A stretch of DNA of 63,970 bases, the filler included, from Octopus bimaculoides (Eukaryota): assembly GCF_001194135.2 (NCBI RefSeq). It is 5 parts of 4 records of this genome, joined end to end, with 100 filler letters (N's around TTAATTAATTAA, not from the genome) between each part and the next. Parts side by side here need not be neighbours in the genome. Positions count along the whole stretch, not along the records: positions 54,491 to 63,970 come from NC_069008.1; 4 more parts are not named here. One strand, written 5' to 3'. How positions within the stretch are numbered: the stretch's first letter is position 1; each line of letters starts with the position of its first letter. The notes beneath the pieces were generated by a model, which ran no database searches, was not told the origin of the DNA, and worked only from the letters and a program-made list of their open reading frames with translations. The position numbers and the translations under genes were made by a program. Positions 60,745 through 63,970 of the stretch are shown here, in pieces.

Positions 60745-62865
60745 AACCTCATATTGCCAGATATCTCAGTCCATTGTCATTTCCTCCATAAGTCACAACA
60801 TCCTGAGATGGTCCTCACCACTTCATCCTGTGTCTCTCTCTCACAGTGATCAGCACTTCTTTATATAGCTATCTTCATTCATATGCATCACATATCCAAA
60901 CCAACAGAGTCTCCACTCCTTCATGTTGCATTTAATTCCTCTTCTGCCCAATTTTTCTCTCAATACATTTGCACTTTGGCATTCATGCACACTGATTCTG
61001 CACATCCAGTGGAGCATACTGCCTTCATTCCTCTCTCGTCTACGCATGCCCTCTGCATTTAGAGCTATGTCTCACTACCAAGGAGTATAACTATTCACAC
61101 ACAAGCATCATACAGTCTACCTTTTACTCAAAGAGACAGTCCTCTTGTTGCCAACAAAGATAGTAACATTCTAAGCTTCCCCCATCAAATTCTTATTCTA
61201 TACTTTCAGAGCATCCAGCACCACTGCTAATTTGGTCACCTAGGTAACAGAAACTATCTACTACCTCAAGAGAGCCTCTTGCACATTTCAGAGAGACTAA
61301 ATCTGCATGCTCTTACTGTTTATTGTTCCTGTACATCTGCCACATACGAAGGCAAGCCTATCGGTTAATCTACTAGTGATTCCAGTGCATCTCTTATGTG
61401 TCCATAGCTTACACTGGGTGCAGTGAATGGAATTACTTCCTACTCCTTCCCTACATGTTGAGCAGGGCCATTTTCCTGACAGAAAGAGAGGCTTATCTGC
61501 TTTCTTGTTAACAACTTTGTTCTTTGCTAGGTTAAATTTAAGGCACTTTGATTCCGTATTTGGAACTTCGCCAATTCTGCATCAGATTCTGCAATAAGAG
61601 CAAGGTCATCAGCATATAGTAGTTCCCACAGGCATCCAGTTTTGAATCTTTCTGTTATGACCTGGAAGACTATGATGAATAAGAGTGGCTTGAGAACTGA
61701 ACCCTGGTGAATCCCTACTTGTACACTAAATTCATCACTGTATTCATGGCCAACTCTCACCTTAGTGACTGTGCTTGAAAGGCACATGGCTTGAAAGGCT
61801 CGAATAAGCTACTCTTAGCTTTCTTAGAGACCACCATATAACAGCAGGGGACTTTGTCTAAAGCTTTCTCCAAGTCAAGAAAAGCTAAGTAGAATGGCTT
61901 ACTTTTGGCCAGACACTTTTCCTGCAGCTGTCTAACTAGGAAGATGGCGTCTGTAATACTCCTTCCAAGTACAAGACCAAACTGTATCTCATCGAGCTTA
62001 ATTCTATTCCTAATCAATTGAGCTATAACTCTCTCTGATCTAGTCCAGCAATTTGATACCTCTGTAGTTGTTTCTATCCTAGACATCACCTTTACCCTTA
62101 TAGCAGCTAACTATAATACTACTACACCAGTTATTGGTGATAACACTTTCCTCTAGGCTGAATACCACACTGCCAGTTATTTTAATCATCTCGGCAGTGA
62201 TTCCTGATGGTCCAGGGGCTTTCTCTGTCTTCATATCCTTAATTGCCATATCTATTATACTACTGCCAACTCTGATGGCTGGTCCCTCAGTGGTTCAATA
62301 TTTGAAAGACTTTCCTTCTCCCATTCATTTTCCACATTTAATAACCTTTCATAATGGCATCTCCACACATCTTTCTTCTCTGAGTCACTAAGTGCAAGCA
62401 TGCCATTATCCATTCTCACACATTTCTCACCCACCACATCTCTGTTCTCTCTAATACACTGCTTTGCTATCCTGAACACCTCATGCTGCAGAACATTGGC
62501 AAACCTCTTATCTTCAGCTATTCCTTTTGCTATGTAAACCTAGCCTCCCTTCTGGCTACTTGATATAATTCTGTTTCCACCATTTTTGCAGTCTTTCCAA
62601 GCCTGTCTCTTTGCTTTTATAGTGCTGTCCACCTCCTTGTTCCACTACCATGTCACCCTTGGCCTAGCTGGGACTTTGCACCAACCATAGATTTGGTCAG
62701 TAGCCCTCAGTAGATTGTCCTACAGGAACTTCCAATTGTCCTACAGGAACTTCCAATTGTCCTCTAAGCTATATGTCCTTATCTCCTCCTCACTATCATC
62801 AGAGGCTTCCATTAGAATGTCTCTAAATTTCTGTCGGTTTGTTGGGTCTTTGAGGTCTAGTAATT
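60745..62865 (-). mobile_element. RTE LINE, degraded RT region
   Basis: GIHQGSVLKPLLF...LLYADDL, QFGLVLGRSITDAIFLVRQLQEK, CIRENRDVVGEKCVR. Confidence 0.9.
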
Positions 62866-63970
62866 ACAAATTTAGCCTGATACGTTTATATGGGTGCCTG
62901 CAACACAGACCTTAAGGTGAGATTGTATAACCACTACTCTAGCTATTAGTCAGAAGCTAAGAATAATTAAATCTCTTTGTCGAAGTACATTTGGAATTTA
63001 AAGGACTCAGTTGATGAAATGGTCTGTGTTCAATGTGCAAAAACATATAGTGGGTAAACTAACAAATGTCTTAACTATTATGGAATGTAAGGATAGTATA
63101 AAGTAGTATAGCCACCTTATTTAAAATGTAGACATCGATTAAGCAAGACTTTAAGATATAAACCATAATTCCTTCTTAATACTTGTCTACTCTCCTAATT
63201 GTTTTACCTATATTTCTTTCTTCTTCTCCCTAGCTCCTCAGCTTTCCTTTTTTTTTTACTTTTCTTTCCTACTTTTTCATGCTTCACCCTGATAATTCAC
63301 CCTAACTTTTCTAATGTCCAAAACACTCGGACCTTAAGTCACTCTGTTGCTTTTGCTAAATATTAATAAAAGTATACTCATATTTCGAGTTCTATTTTTC
63401 CTGTTTGCATCACTGCAAATGTGTGTGTGTTCACTTCTTTATATTCTTTGCATGGTATTTCTGTAATGTTTGTGTGTATATTTTCTTTGGTTTTCTTTTC
63501 TTTATTTTTTGTATGCACCTGTTTTTATACTGATACACTTTTATGTGCATTGATACATTCTATTTATATGTGTATATGTTTAGACACTTTTTTATATTTA
63601 TTTATTATTTATATTTTTCAAAAAAATCTATGTTTAGATTTTTGTAATATGCAACAGGCTTTACTAGTATTTGCAATTGTTGTAAGCATGACATTGTAAA
63701 CTATTTCTCTTAATAGTTACACCTAATAGTGTACTGTTTATTTATTGTTGCCTTTGGTAAACAGACTTCCTTAAACACATCTCTTTCATCCTGTTGCTTG
63801 TCTACTAATAATAAATTTTATTGGTCATTTGACCTACTTGTTTTTACCTACTATTCTCCTGTGGCTAAAATAGCAAATTCTTCACTGCTGTCCTTGCAAT
63901 ATTGACTTACAACTACAGGTAATTCAACCTGAAGAAAAACTAAGCTATATATATATATATATATATATAT

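Overview
Eukaryotic, AT-rich, heavily gapped and repeat-dominated DNA. The SINE families, RTE LINE tails and microsatellite density point to a coleoid cephalopod such as Octopus (inference, not verified). The window is five blocks joined by artificial 100-bp spacers (44 N + TTAATTAATTAA + 44 N), so adjacency between blocks is not guaranteed. Supported host coding sequence: (i) four spliced minus-strand exons (7062-7123, 4151-4228, 3352-3486, 1604-1709) that join in frame into a BCR/ABR-like RhoGAP domain lacking the catalytic arginine finger (IYLIPG instead of IYRxxG); (ii) one minus-strand exon (56216-56389) of Golgi alpha-mannosidase II (GH38). Most of the rest is mobile DNA: RTE LINE fragments, a Penelope-like RT relic, several tRNA-derived SINE families, Tc1/mariner and Tigger relics, two Buster-type hATs (one with both ends and an 8-bp TSD), MITEs, a non-autonomous Helitron and a solo LTR. 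The most striking item is a 362-bp fold-back element (49189-49550) with perfect 68-bp inverted arms and a near-canonical type I hammerhead ribozyme at the apex of a rod-like structure. A second, minimal hammerhead-like motif lies at 9438-9475. No CRISPR array, rRNA or convincing functional tRNA was found. All family assignments come from motif recognition by eye, without database searches.
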